A DNA stretch of 44,669 nt, from IMG/VR virus record IMGVR_UViG_3300037467_001233, positions 1 through 44,669 of that record. One strand, 5' to 3'. Origin of the DNA: a virus (lineage: Duplodnaviria; Caudoviricetes). The position numbers and the translations under genes were made by a program. Of this stretch, positions 15,082 through 24,915 are shown in pieces (within the stretch, counting starts at the first letter, position 1; every line of letters begins with the position of its first letter). The notes beneath the pieces were generated by a model. The model made no database searches and had not been told where the DNA came from. It saw nothing but the letters and a program-made list of their open reading frames with translations.

Positions 15082-17373
15082 ATGGCAAAAACCCGATCGG
15101 CCAACTCTCAGCGCAAGCCGAGGGGCAGGAAAGCTGCGTCCAGTGACGTGGACGTCAATATCCAGATGGACGATCTGGCATTGCCTCCCGTTCCGGATGA
15201 CATGGGTGCACTCACGATCCCAACGGCCGACGGCGGGGTTGTTGTGGACTTCAACCCACCGTCCGATTCCGACGTCGATACGTCCGATCACGACGCCAAC
15301 CTTGCGATGGCCCTCGACTCGTTCGTGCTTGGACGCGTTGCCGAAGAACTCCTCGACGGCATCGAAGCCGACGACAAGTCCCGTTCGGAATGGCTGAACG
15401 CGCGTTCTCGTGGCATCGATATGCTCGGGATCAAGCTCGAAGATCCAAAGTCTGGCGTTGGCGCGAGTTCGGCGCCGCTCGAAGGCATGTCGGTCGTTCG
15501 CGATCCGGTGATGCTTGAGGCCGTGCTTCGGTTCCAGGCGAATGCTCAAGGGGAAATGCTTCCGGCCTCCGGACCCGTCAAGGTCGTCGATTATGGCGAT
15601 GGTGACGTCCAGTCCGACATGCTGGCTGAAAAGCTTGAGAAAGACCTGAACTTCTATCTCACCACGACCGCGACCGAATACTATCCAGACTCGCGGCGTA
15701 TGTTCTTCTGGACAGGTTTTTCTGGGCTCGCGTTCAAGAAGGTCTATCGCGACCCTATCAAGCGCCGGCCAGTTTCCGAAACCGTGGACGCCGCCGACCT
15801 GATCGTTTCGGATGCTATCACGGACCTCAGATCAGCCCAGAGAATTACCCACCAAATCTCCATGAAGCGCTCAACCATGAAGCGCATGCAGATCTTGGGA
15901 GTTTACAAGGACGTCGAGCTTCTTTCTGACCCGGTCCCTGATCCGAACGAGGTGCAGCGGAAGATTGCTCGGGTTCAAGGGCTATCAGCCAAATCCGAAC
16001 GGCCGCAGGATCAGCCCTATACGGTCTATGAGTGCTATTGCGAGCTTGACCTTGAAGGCTTCGAGCACAAGGACAAGAAAGGCCACGACACTGGACTTCC
16101 GCTTCCCTACCGGGTGACGATTGAAAAGGATTCGCGTCAGGTTTTGGAAATCCGCCGCAACTGGCGCGAGGACGACGAAGACTACCAGGCCAAGATCCCC
16201 TTCGTTGCGTTCCCCTATGCAACCGGACTTGGGTTCTACGGCATTGGCCTTCTGCACATCCTTGGGAACCTTACGAACGCACTGACCGCGCTGACGCGGG
16301 AAGCGATCGACGCGGCGATGTTCGGAAACTTCCCCGGCGCCGTGATCAGCAAGGAAAATAATCGCCAGATGACGAATGAGATGCGCGTTGCGCCAGGCGC
16401 CGCGTATCCGATCGAGACGAACGGCAAGGACATTCGCCAGGTTCTCATGCCGCTTCCGTACAAGGAGGCTGGACCGGGCCATATGGCTTTGATCCAGCAG
16501 CTTCGGGAAGTTGCTCAGAGATTAGGCGGAACGGCAGACACACCCGTTGGCGAAGGCAAACAGGACGCCCCAGTTGGAACGACACTTGCTCTGATCGAGC
16601 AGGCCACGAAGATCGAAGGCGCGGTTCACAAGGCGCTCCACGCGGCACAGGCGGAAGAATTCAAGCTGCTCTGTGAATTGTTCCGGGACGATCCCGAAGC
16701 CTTATGGCGCGGCAACAAACGGCCCGCACTCGCCAAAGACGTCGAACTGTTCATGGCTGCATTGGATCGCTGCGACATCGTTCCAAAAGCCGATCCGAAC
16801 GTCCCCTCACATATGCACCGGATCATGAAAGCCCAGGCCATTATTCAGATGGCGGAGTCGGCTCCCAACAAGTTCAATCAGGACGCCGTTCTGCAGTACG
16901 CCCTCGAAATGATGGACGTGGACAACCCGGCGCAACTGTTGGCCGGTCCGCAACCAGTCGCAGGTCCGCCGCCGCCCGATCCGGTCAAGATGAAAGAATT
17001 GCAGATCAAGGAACAGGCGAACGCCTTGAAGGGCGCCCAGATCGCGCTCGATACGCAGAACAGAGCCAAAGACCGCGAGAGTGATCAGAACATCGAAGTT
17101 CTGAAATTGGCAAGTTCGCTCGCTGTGCATCCGACCAGCAATCCGATCGTGGACGACCAGATCAAGCAGCTCTCACCGCTAATGACGTTGAAGCCTCAGC
17201 CGCAACAGCCTGGCATGCCGCCCGGTCAACCTCAAGCGCCACCGCCTCAGTTCAATCCACCGCCGCCCAGACCGGTTCCTATGGGTCTTGGAGGATTAGG
17301 GCGATCTCCGATGAGTTTTGCGCCACCGCCTATGCGTAGAGTTCCAATGCAACCACAAGGATTTGCGCGATGA
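15082..17373 (+). CDS. Portal protein
   Basis: 763 aa after terminase; ANLA, SRSEW, AFKKVY.D, FYGIGL.H, PLPYKE and PVGTTLALIEQ motifs of podoviral portals; Pro/Gln-rich tail. Confidence 0.88.
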   Translation: MAKTRSANSQRKPRGRKAASSDVDVNIQMDDLALPPVPDDMGALTIPTADGGVVVDFNPPSDSDVDTSDHDANLAMALDSFVLGRVAEELLDGIEADDKSRSEWLNARSRGIDMLGIKLEDPKSGVGASSAPLEGMSVVRDPVMLEAVLRFQANAQGEMLPASGPVKVVDYGDGDVQSDMLAEKLEKDLNFYLTTTATEYYPDSRRMFFWTGFSGLAFKKVYRDPIKRRPVSETVDAADLIVSDAITDLRSAQRITHQISMKRSTMKRMQILGVYKDVELLSDPVPDPNEVQRKIARVQGLSAKSERPQDQPYTVYECYCELDLEGFEHKDKKGHDTGLPLPYRVTIEKDSRQVLEIRRNWREDDEDYQAKIPFVAFPYATGLGFYGIGLLHILGNLTNALTALTREAIDAAMFGNFPGAVISKENNRQMTNEMRVAPGAAYPIETNGKDIRQVLMPLPYKEAGPGHMALIQQLREVAQRLGGTADTPVGEGKQDAPVGTTLALIEQATKIEGAVHKALHAAQAEEFKLLCELFRDDPEALWRGNKRPALAKDVELFMAALDRCDIVPKADPNVPSHMHRIMKAQAIIQMAESAPNKFNQDAVLQYALEMMDVDNPAQLLAGPQPVAGPPPPDPVKMKELQIKEQANALKGAQIALDTQNRAKDRESDQNIEVLKLASSLAVHPTSNPIVDDQIKQLSPLMTLKPQPQQPGMPPGQPQAPPPQFNPPPPRPVPMGLGGLGRSPMSFAPPPMRRVPMQPQGFAR

Positions 17374-17945
17374 AGATTCGTGTCGGCAATAAACAGTCGC
17401 ATGGCGTGAATTGCTATGCATCAGGTGGACGAGTCTCGGAGGATATTTCCGATCCAGGTTCGCTTCCTAAGATGGCGAAGCCCAAGATGGCCGATGGCGG
17501 CATGATCGATGGCGGCAAGGCGAAGCCGCGTCTCGACCGTGCAGGCAAGAAGGGAACGACCGTAAATATCGTGATCTCAGGGAAGGGCGATACGCCGCCC
17601 GCACCTATGCCGATGCCACCGATTGCACCGCCGATGGCTGGACCTCCGGGTCCGCCTCCGATGCCTCCCGGCCCTCCCGTAGGTGGACCGCCGATGATGC
17701 GTAAGAACGGTGGCCGCGTCATGAAACACTCCGACGAAGCCGCAGACAAGAAGCTCATCAAAGCGGAAGTGAAGCCTTCGGCTCTGAAGCACAAGGCTGC
17801 TGGCGGTGCGGTTTCTGAGGGTCAGGACGATCCGACCGAGAAGGAAGCTGAAAGCCGCTCGATCGGTCGCAAGACTGGCGGACGCGTGATGGATGCCGGC
17901 GCCGGTTCTGGCATTGGGCGCTTGGAGAAGCTGGGTAAAAAATGA
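17370..17945 (+). CDS. Disordered head-region protein with five xxxGGx[VI] motifs
   Basis: YASGGRV, MADGGMI, RKNGGRV, KAAGGAV, RKTGGRV; Pro-rich middle. Confidence 0.7.
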   Translation: MKIRVGNKQSHGVNCYASGGRVSEDISDPGSLPKMAKPKMADGGMIDGGKAKPRLDRAGKKGTTVNIVISGKGDTPPAPMPMPPIAPPMAGPPGPPPMPPGPPVGGPPMMRKNGGRVMKHSDEAADKKLIKAEVKPSALKHKAAGGAVSEGQDDPTEKEAESRSIGRKTGGRVMDAGAGSGIGRLEKLGKK

Positions 17946-18148
17946 CCATCGAAACGCTCGACACGCGCTCCCTCAAGATGCTCGCGGTCGAACTGGTCAA
18001 AGAGGAAGATCGCAGAGCCGAAATCCTTCTCAGCGGCTCTGCTGACTCGCTCGAAGATTACCGCGGACAAGTCGAGTTCTTAAGAGGCCTTCGCTTTGCG
18101 CGGAAGCTCTGCGGAGAGATTGAGACTGAAATCCGAAAAGGCAAATAG
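17942..18148 (+). CDS. Small head-region protein
   Basis: LLSGSADSLEDYRGQVEFLRGL, between portal and the GroES-like gene. Confidence 0.7.
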   Translation: MTIETLDTRSLKMLAVELVKEEDRRAEILLSGSADSLEDYRGQVEFLRGLRFARKLCGEIETEIRKGK

Positions 18149-18159
18149 AGAAATCCCTC

Positions 18160-18558
18160 ATGGCACTCACATCGTTCAAAATGCATCACGACAAAGATCC
18201 GAAAGAAGCCATTCTCGAAGAGATTGGCGATCTGTCGGGCTACGAACTCGCTCCGAGCAAGGTCTTGGTTGGCATCTATCGCAGGCCTGAGAAAACGGCA
18301 GGCGGCATCATCATTACCCCAAAGACCAAAGACGAGGACATCTATCAGGGTGTCGTCGGTCTTGTTTTGAAGCTCGGTCCCGGCTGCTTCGAAGACGACG
18401 ACGTGAACAAGTTCCACGGCTTCAACGTGAAGGTTGGCGACTGGATCGAATACAAGCCTTCCGACACCGAGAAGATCGCGATCAACGGTGTGATGTGCAG
18501 GCGGCTTTCGGATGTTCTGGTGAAGGCAAAAATATCCCATCCGGACATGCTGTTTTAA
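18160..18558 (+). CDS. GroES-like co-chaperonin
   Basis: RPEKTAGGIII mobile-loop motif, GLVLKLGPG, VKVGDWI, INGV.CRRL.D. Confidence 0.8.
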   Translation: MALTSFKMHHDKDPKEAILEEIGDLSGYELAPSKVLVGIYRRPEKTAGGIIITPKTKDEDIYQGVVGLVLKLGPGCFEDDDVNKFHGFNVKVGDWIEYKPSDTEKIAINGVMCRRLSDVLVKAKISHPDMLF

Positions 18559-18576
18559 TCCAAGGACGAATCCCTC

Positions 18577-19542
18577 ATGAGCAAAGATGACGAAGGCTTG
18601 GTGGTGGAGATTGATCCCCGCCAGCTCGATATGGCGCTCGATCCGGAAACGGAACGCAAAGCCAAACCCAAAGAAAAAGAAGCCGAAGCCGAGATTGAAG
18701 CGCCGGAGAAAGAAGAAAGCAAATCCGGTGCCGAGGATGCGATCCAGGCCCTTCAAAAGCAGCTTGATGCGCTGAAGGAAGAAAACAACCGAACCCGAGC
18801 AGCCTACGAGACCAAGGCGCGGGAAGCGGACGAGGCGCTGAACAATGCGCAATCGGCTACGGGTCACGTCCTGCAGTCCAAATACGACCTCGTAAACACC
18901 GAGATCGCCAACGACAAGGCGCGAGCCGAAGCGATCAAGCGAGAACTCAAGGTTGCGCGCGAAACGGGCAACACCGATCTTGAATCGGATTTGATGGTTG
19001 AAAACGCCCGAATTGGCGTGAAGCTCCAGACCAACGAACAGCGCAAGAAAGACATCGAAGTCGCGCACCAGCGTGAACAGCAGCGCCGCGAAACCCCACG
19101 TCAGCCGGCCGATCCGGTTGAGGCGCAACTCGCAAACGTCAGCCCAAAGTCCGCCGCATGGCTCCGGTCGCATCCAGAATGCCTGACCGACGAGGTTATG
19201 AACGCCAAGGTTCTTCTGGCTGACAAGGAGGCAAAGCGCAAAGGTCTTGTGGCCGATACGCCCGAGTATTTCACGTACATCGAGGAAAAGATGGGCTATC
19301 GCAAACCGGCCGATGACGATGCCGACGAAGTCGAAACGCGGCAGGCCGAACGATCGGAAAAGCGTCCGGCTTATGCCGCTCCTCCGTCACGGGACACGGC
19401 TCCGGGGTCACCCCGTAAAGCCAGCCAGATGCGCCTTTCACGCGAGCAGGTCGATACCGCAGAAGCATTGGGCATGACGCCCGCACAGTATGCAGCGTGG
19501 CTTGTTAAAGCGGAAAAAGACGGGAAATACGTAAATCATTAA
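18577..19542 (+). CDS. Putative capsid scaffolding protein
   Basis: Acidic coiled-coil protein upstream of the capsid; C-terminal RLSREQVDTAEALGMTPAQYA. Confidence 0.7.
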   Translation: MSKDDEGLVVEIDPRQLDMALDPETERKAKPKEKEAEAEIEAPEKEESKSGAEDAIQALQKQLDALKEENNRTRAAYETKAREADEALNNAQSATGHVLQSKYDLVNTEIANDKARAEAIKRELKVARETGNTDLESDLMVENARIGVKLQTNEQRKKDIEVAHQREQQRRETPRQPADPVEAQLANVSPKSAAWLRSHPECLTDEVMNAKVLLADKEAKRKGLVADTPEYFTYIEEKMGYRKPADDDADEVETRQAERSEKRPAYAAPPSRDTAPGSPRKASQMRLSREQVDTAEALGMTPAQYAAWLVKAEKDGKYVNH

Positions 19543-19561
19543 AGACAAAGGATAATCCCTC

Positions 19562-20158
19562 ATGGCCGTTCAGACGAAACCCCGCCAGCAGACCGTTGGC
19601 CGGACATCCGACAGCGCTGCCCAGCCGATGCCACGAGGCATTGCGCTTGGACGTAATGGCGAAAAAATCCGCCGCATCCGAACGAGTGGAAACGATCCGT
19701 TCAAGGTTCCGGAGGAGATCCTCGAAAAGTACCTGGAGGAAGGCTACACGCTCCAGTGGAACGTTGTCAGCGTCATCGGCAAGGACGGCCGTGATGCTCC
19801 CGACATGATCAATCAGGCGAATATGTTCAACGCAGGCTGGCGTCCAGTTCCTGCCGAGCGTCATCCGGGCGTCTGGCTACCTGCCGGCGCAAAGGGTGAC
19901 ATCGTTGTCAAAGGACTTCGCCTGGAAGAATGCCCGCTGAAGCTCGTGCAGGAAGCCCGCATCGAAGAAAAACGCGCTGCCGACGAACAGGTGAATGGCT
20001 CGCGTCAGCAGTTCGGCTTTTCACCGAGCGCGCGTGGGTTTGAAGGCGCAGACACGAGTTCTAATCCTGCCGTGCGTCAGAACACCTTTGCACGACGATC
20101 GATGGTGCATGTCGATGATGCGCCGCGGCCGAAGTATGAAGTTTCGCTCGACGACTAA
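19562..20158 (+). CDS. Head-module hypothetical protein
   Basis: AAGGA RBS; GWRPVPAERHP...GLRLEECP. Confidence 0.7.
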   Translation: MAVQTKPRQQTVGRTSDSAAQPMPRGIALGRNGEKIRRIRTSGNDPFKVPEEILEKYLEEGYTLQWNVVSVIGKDGRDAPDMINQANMFNAGWRPVPAERHPGVWLPAGAKGDIVVKGLRLEECPLKLVQEARIEEKRAADEQVNGSRQQFGFSPSARGFEGADTSSNPAVRQNTFARRSMVHVDDAPRPKYEVSLDD

Positions 20159-20237
20159 AACAGCAAGAGGCGGCAATCATCAGCATGCCTCTTGAAAAAG
20201 TGGCAAATCACTGCTACTGGAATTTTCATCGTTGTTC

Positions 20238-20353
20238 GTAGGCCGCAGGCTGTGGCCAGTGCTTCGGGGTCGGAGACCCAAAGAAGCAAAGAGCGCTGAG
20301 AAGGTTTTCTCGGCTTCATTCACAGCCAACGTCTGACGGGTCAGACCGGCTAC
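20238..20353 (+). ncRNA. Candidate structured cis-regulatory leader of the capsid genes
   Basis: Nested stems GTAG(G)CCG/CGGCTAC, GCTGTG/CACAGC, GCTTC/GAAGC, GCTGAGAA/TTCTCGGC, GTCTGAC/GTCAGAC. Confidence 0.45.
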
Positions 20354-20370
20354 ACAACGGACCACATCAA

Positions 20371-20976
20371 ATGTCCAACACGTTTGCTCCACAGGGCTTG
20401 CTGTCCTATGGCGGCGCGGACGGTGCCGCACCGACATACGGCTTCAAGAACGCCAAAATCCTTTACAGCAACACCGACAAGATCTTCTACGGCGATCCAG
20501 TGATGCTGGACTCCGGTGGCTACGTTCAGCAGTGGAACCCGGCGACCGGCGTTTCGCAGATGGTCGGCATCTTCCGGGGCTGCAAGTATTACTCGCTGTC
20601 GAACAAGCAGACCATTTTCCCCAACTACTGGCCCGGTGCCGACGTTGCGACCAACGCCGACATCACGGCTTTCATTGAGCCCGTGAATACGGCGACACCG
20701 CCGATGTTCCTGGTTCAGACGGCGGATTCCAATACGACGGCGGTTGCGGTTACGCAGGCTGACGTTGGGCAGAACGCCGACATTGCTCTTGGTTCCGGCA
20801 ATACCGAAACCGGTATGTCTACGGCCTATCTCGACATCCACACGTTCGGCACCACGGCAACTCTGCCGTTCCGAATTGTCGATATCTGGAAGGGCGTCGG
20901 CAACGGCTCAGACGCGACGAGCGCTTACAACTACGTCGTCGTTCAGGCCAACATCTATCAGGAAACCGGGATCTAA
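20371..20976 (+). CDS. Putative capsid decoration or minor head protein
   Basis: Directly upstream of the major capsid gene; IFYGDPV...VGIFRGC beta-rich pattern. Confidence 0.65.
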   Translation: MSNTFAPQGLLSYGGADGAAPTYGFKNAKILYSNTDKIFYGDPVMLDSGGYVQQWNPATGVSQMVGIFRGCKYYSLSNKQTIFPNYWPGADVATNADITAFIEPVNTATPPMFLVQTADSNTTAVAVTQADVGQNADIALGSGNTETGMSTAYLDIHTFGTTATLPFRIVDIWKGVGNGSDATSAYNYVVVQANIYQETGI

Positions 20977-20988
20977 GGAGCAACCCCA

Positions 20989-21906
20989 ATGCCAGTCTCA
21001 CTTACGAGCATCCGGGATCTGCTTAAGCCCGGCCTCTACGCAGTGGAGGGTCAGTACGACAATATCGAGGATCAGTACTCGAAGATCTTCACTAAGCGCA
21101 AATCGACGATGGCCGTCGAACGCAAGGTGCAGATGGCCTACCTCGGGTACGCACAGTTCAAGACCGAAGGTGGCCAGACGTTTGCCGACAACAATGCCGG
21201 CGAGCGCTTGGTCTACAACGCCGAAAGCTTTGAAGTCGGCTTGATGTACGCGATCACTCGCAAGGCGATCGACGACAACCTCTACAAATCCGAGTTCAAG
21301 CCGCAGGCCTTGGGCCTCTTGCGCTCCTTTAAGGAGTTCAAGGAATACCAGCACGCGGACATCTTCAACAACGGCACGACGCTCATTGCGGGCATCGGCG
21401 GTGATGGACAGCCTCTGTTCTCGTCCGCTCATCCGGTTGACGGCGGAACTGTGGCGAACACCTTTGCAACGCCATTGCAGTTGAACGAGGCGTCCTACCT
21501 CCAGGCTCTGACGAATATCCGCGCAACGTGGGTGGACGAACGAGGCTTGAAGATCAAGGGCCGTGGACGCCAGCTCACGGTTCCTGTTGACCTTCAGCCG
21601 ACCGCCAAACGGTTGATTGAATCGGAACTCCGTCCGGGTACGGCCAACAACGACATCAACGTCATCCAGTCTATGGATGGGGAACGGCCGTCGTTGGTTG
21701 TCTGGGATTACCTCACGAGCCCGAACGCCTGGTTTGTCTTGACCGAGACGGCCAAGGAATCGTTGCTGACCATGCAGCGCATCACGTTCGAAACCGACAT
21801 GCAGGTCGATTTCACGACCGATAACCTGCTCGTCAAGGGCTATGAGCGTTATTGCCCGACCTACAATGACTGGCGTTGTGCCTGGGGCAGCTTCCCAAGC
21901 TCTTAA
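20989..21906 (+). CDS. Major capsid protein (Mu gpT-like, HK97 fold)
   Basis: AAGGAG RBS; LKPGL, K.EG, ITRKAIDDNLY, GGDGQPLFSSAHP, YLTSPNAWF, ERY...DWR. Confidence 0.88.
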   Translation: MPVSLTSIRDLLKPGLYAVEGQYDNIEDQYSKIFTKRKSTMAVERKVQMAYLGYAQFKTEGGQTFADNNAGERLVYNAESFEVGLMYAITRKAIDDNLYKSEFKPQALGLLRSFKEFKEYQHADIFNNGTTLIAGIGGDGQPLFSSAHPVDGGTVANTFATPLQLNEASYLQALTNIRATWVDERGLKIKGRGRQLTVPVDLQPTAKRLIESELRPGTANNDINVIQSMDGERPSLVVWDYLTSPNAWFVLTETAKESLLTMQRITFETDMQVDFTTDNLLVKGYERYCPTYNDWRCAWGSFPSS

Positions 21907-21918
21907 TGGAGGCTTCCT

Positions 21919-22668
21919 ATGACAACGACAAACTTTATTGACGGCGTGACGAACGCCGCATCAACCAGTGGGGTCATGGGGACGTATCTAGCTCCTGACC
22001 CGAGCCGTCTGCATCAGTGGTTCGATGATTTCGACGACTTCCTGCAAGCGAGCAATATGGACTGGCTCGTTACGCAGGTCACTGGCACGACAGCTACCGC
22101 AGCCGTCGTAGACGAAGATGGTGGCGTGGTTGTCCTGACCAATGACTCGACTGCAGCGCATGGCGTTTATGCGCAGTGGCAGGGCGGCGCCAGTAGCGTA
22201 GCGGAAACGTTTACGTTCAACAGTTCCAAAGCTCTTTGGATGAAGGCTCGGTTCAAGCTGAGTTCTGCAACCAATACGGCGATGGTTCTCGGACTTATCG
22301 TTACCGATACGACACCTCAGGCGAACGCGGATGGCCTCTATTTCATCAAGGCCGACGCATCGACGACGTTGAAATTCAACGCAACGTCATCCGGCACGTC
22401 AGCCACGACCTCCGTCAACGTTGGCACGTTGGCAGACAACACTTACGCTGAAGTTGGATTTGCCTATCTTCCGAATGGAGATGGCAACATCAACAACGGC
22501 GCACCTGCGGGCCTGCTTTACCTCAACGGTGTCTATGTCGGGAAGTTCTCGACATTCGCCAATTTCCCGACAACGGAATTGGCGATCACCTTCGGCGTAT
22601 CGAACGGCGCTGCGGGCGCATCGACGACCATGTCTACAGACTACATCCTCGTGGCGAAGGAACGCTAA
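21919..22668 (+). CDS. Virion structural protein (beta-rich, possible head accessory)
   Basis: GGAGG RBS; Thr/Ala-rich; WFDDFDDF and DYILVAKER. Confidence 0.65.
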   Translation: MTTTNFIDGVTNAASTSGVMGTYLAPDPSRLHQWFDDFDDFLQASNMDWLVTQVTGTTATAAVVDEDGGVVVLTNDSTAAHGVYAQWQGGASSVAETFTFNSSKALWMKARFKLSSATNTAMVLGLIVTDTTPQANADGLYFIKADASTTLKFNATSSGTSATTSVNVGTLADNTYAEVGFAYLPNGDGNINNGAPAGLLYLNGVYVGKFSTFANFPTTELAITFGVSNGAAGASTTMSTDYILVAKER

Positions 22669-22671
22669 GCC

Positions 22672-22908
22672 ATGAAGGGCAAGAAAGCAAAGAAGCCGAA
22701 TTCTCCGTTTGGCTCTCCCAAAGGTGAAAAGCCCAAGTTCAACGGGCCAGAAACCTTTCCGGACAAAGCAGCGGAGAAAGACGATGACGACATGCCCCCG
22801 GTTCAGGGCTTCAAGGCAAGAATGCGCCTTGATCGTCCCGGCCGTAAACGCGGCGGACGAGTAGGAGCTGACATGGCTCCGTTATCCTCTGCCGCGAAGG
22901 GCTGCTAG
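22672..22908 (+). CDS. Small basic protein with RLDR and RKRGGRV motifs
   Basis: AAGGA upstream; motifs shared with the 17370 and 22984 proteins. Confidence 0.7.
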   Translation: MKGKKAKKPNSPFGSPKGEKPKFNGPETFPDKAAEKDDDDMPPVQGFKARMRLDRPGRKRGGRVGADMAPLSSAAKGC

Positions 22909-22983
22909 CTAGTTGCGCGTGGTCGGTTGGGATTGTGAGGGCAGTCTCAACCGGCGCGCTTTCCAATAAACGGGATCTCGAAC

Positions 22984-23256
22984 ATGGCCAAGCTTACCGC
23001 GGCCAAGCGCAACGCGCTGCCGAAGAAAGCCTTTGCATTGCGCGGTGGTCGTTATCCGATCGAGGACAAATCTCATGCGCGCAACGCACTCGCTCGCGTG
23101 AGCCAGAATGGTTCTCCGGCGGAAAAAGCGGAAGTCCGCGCCAAGGTTCACAGCAAATTCCCTGACATAGGCGAGTCCGATCGCGCCGAAGGTGGCCGCG
23201 TTGAAGGCGATAAGGCCAAGAGTCGTCTTGACCGTCCTCACAAGAAAAAAGGCTAA
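22984..23256 (+). CDS. Small basic phage protein (DUF6582-like)
   Basis: LTAAKRNALPKKAFA...RYPIEDKSHARNALAR; C-terminal RAEGGRV and RLDR. Confidence 0.7.
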   Translation: MAKLTAAKRNALPKKAFALRGGRYPIEDKSHARNALARVSQNGSPAEKAEVRAKVHSKFPDIGESDRAEGGRVEGDKAKSRLDRPHKKKG

Positions 23257-23259
23257 GCT

Positions 23260-24207
23260 ATGAGTCAGCCAATCGTCGTCACCGTCAATCTTGCTGCCGC
23301 AGATGCGGACGGTGTTTCGGCCTCTCAGACGATACCAGCATCCGGTGCATTGGCGATCAATGGTGCGCTTTCAACGGGTGCTGTCGCGAACAATATCTGC
23401 GCTTCGCAGTCGGCTTCGGGTGCCGGTGCACTGACGATCAACGGTGCCGCTGCGTCTGGGGGCGTGGCCTATATCTTCGGCAAAGCCGTGACGATTACAT
23501 CGGCTGCCGATGACTCTGGGATCACGTTCACGGTCTCAGGGTTGGGCGCGGACGGATATTCTTATGCTTCCGAAACGGTGACTGGTTCCAACACGTCGGT
23601 CGTCGCAACGAAAACAATTTTCCATCGGGTATCGAGCGTCACGGTCTCGGGCGCAACCGCGGGCAACGTCACGGTTGGCACCAACGGCACGGCTCAGGTT
23701 GCGACACGCGGAACGGCCCGTCAGGTCGTTCTCACATTCGGCACGGATGATACGGGAAACACCTACACGATCACGGGAACGAACGCAGGCGGTAACCCGC
23801 TGGTTGAACAAGTGGCCGGTGGTGCGACGTCGTCAACGACCGTCAGTCATTTCCAGTCCGTTTCGCAGATCACCGCCTCCAAGGCTTCGGCGGGAACGGT
23901 TACGGTTGGCACGAACGGAGTCGGATCAAGCGGGTTCGTTGCGCTGAACTACCATGCGCAGCCGGTCAACATTTCGGTTTCGTCCATTGTCTCTGGAACG
24001 ATCAGCTACACGGTGCAGTGGACCTACGACGATCCGAACAAAGGCGTTCCAACTTGGGTTGATGATGCGACGGCTAAAAGCAAGACCGCTGCTTTCGTCA
24101 CGACGATGAACGATCCGGTGTTCGGAAGCCGGGTTCTGGTTGAATCGGAAACCGCTCCGGCTTCGGTAACCACGACGTACATTCAGGCTGGCTTGGTCGG
24201 GGTCTAA
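23260..24207 (+). CDS. Virion structural protein with internal repeats
   Basis: Two copies of D.G.T(F/Y)T(V/I).G...G....E.V.G...F..V(S)..T......G.VTVGTNG; repeated ASQ...SG.GAL.INGA. Confidence 0.7.
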   Translation: MSQPIVVTVNLAAADADGVSASQTIPASGALAINGALSTGAVANNICASQSASGAGALTINGAAASGGVAYIFGKAVTITSAADDSGITFTVSGLGADGYSYASETVTGSNTSVVATKTIFHRVSSVTVSGATAGNVTVGTNGTAQVATRGTARQVVLTFGTDDTGNTYTITGTNAGGNPLVEQVAGGATSSTTVSHFQSVSQITASKASAGTVTVGTNGVGSSGFVALNYHAQPVNISVSSIVSGTISYTVQWTYDDPNKGVPTWVDDATAKSKTAAFVTTMNDPVFGSRVLVESETAPASVTTTYIQAGLVGV

Positions 24208-24210
24208 GGC

Positions 24211-24915
24211 ATGACTTCGAGCGGGACGTATAACTTTAGCCCTAGCGTTGGCGATCTAACGCTAACGGCCTATGGTCGTATTGGCATACGTCGCACAGAG
24301 ATTACGCAGCAGCATTTGCAGGACGCCGCATCGGAATCCAACATGCTGCAGGTTGAGTTCAGTAATCGCCAGCCAAATCTCTGGACTTCTGAACTTTATA
24401 CGGTTGACCTCGTGCAAGGACAGGCGACTTACGATCTTCCGTCCCGCATGATCTCGCCAATGGCGGTTTACGTGACGACGACGCCGACAGGATCTAGCAC
24501 CAGCTTTGACCGCATACTGAACGGCATATCAACCTACGAATATGCGAGTTTGCCAGACAAGGAAACGCAGGCTCAACCGACGACGTTCTGGTACAACAGA
24601 CAGATCTCACCGCAAATCACACTCTGGCAGGTGCCGGACGGCAGCGCGAGCTACGTTCTCAAACTTCAAATTCTCTCGCAGCCGCAGGATTCAAAACTTC
24701 CGAACGGCGTTACGCCGAACTTTCCGTTCCGATGGTTGGATGCTTATACGGACGCCTTAGCCGCACGCCTCTCGAAAATCTACAAGCCGGAGCTCGAAGA
24801 TAAGCGGAAGATGGATGCGGAACGTTCGTGGCAGATCGCAGCCAAGGAAGATATTGAATATGTCAGTACCTACATCTATCCCGCGCTCGGAACATACTAC
24901 GGCGGCGGTCGATAA
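24211..24915 (+). CDS. Putative head-tail adaptor
   Basis: MTSSGTYNF...NR..NLW, G.ATYDLP, Y..LP.K...P..FW; position after head genes. Confidence 0.65.
   Translation: MTSSGTYNFSPSVGDLTLTAYGRIGIRRTEITQQHLQDAASESNMLQVEFSNRQPNLWTSELYTVDLVQGQATYDLPSRMISPMAVYVTTTPTGSSTSFDRILNGISTYEYASLPDKETQAQPTTFWYNRQISPQITLWQVPDGSASYVLKLQILSQPQDSKLPNGVTPNFPFRWLDAYTDALAARLSKIYKPELEDKRKMDAERSWQIAAKEDIEYVSTYIYPALGTYYGGGR

Noticed and set aside
18292-18312. KTAGGII in the GroES-like protein fits the xxxGGx[VI] motif
   Set aside because: It is the canonical GroES mobile loop, so it was not counted; mimicry by the other motifs cannot be supported from sequence alone
18058-19173. Long minus-strand ORFs (18058-19173, 26635-27633, 38670-39536 and similar)
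   Set aside because: Antisense shadows of GC-rich plus-strand genes, with no motifs or RBS
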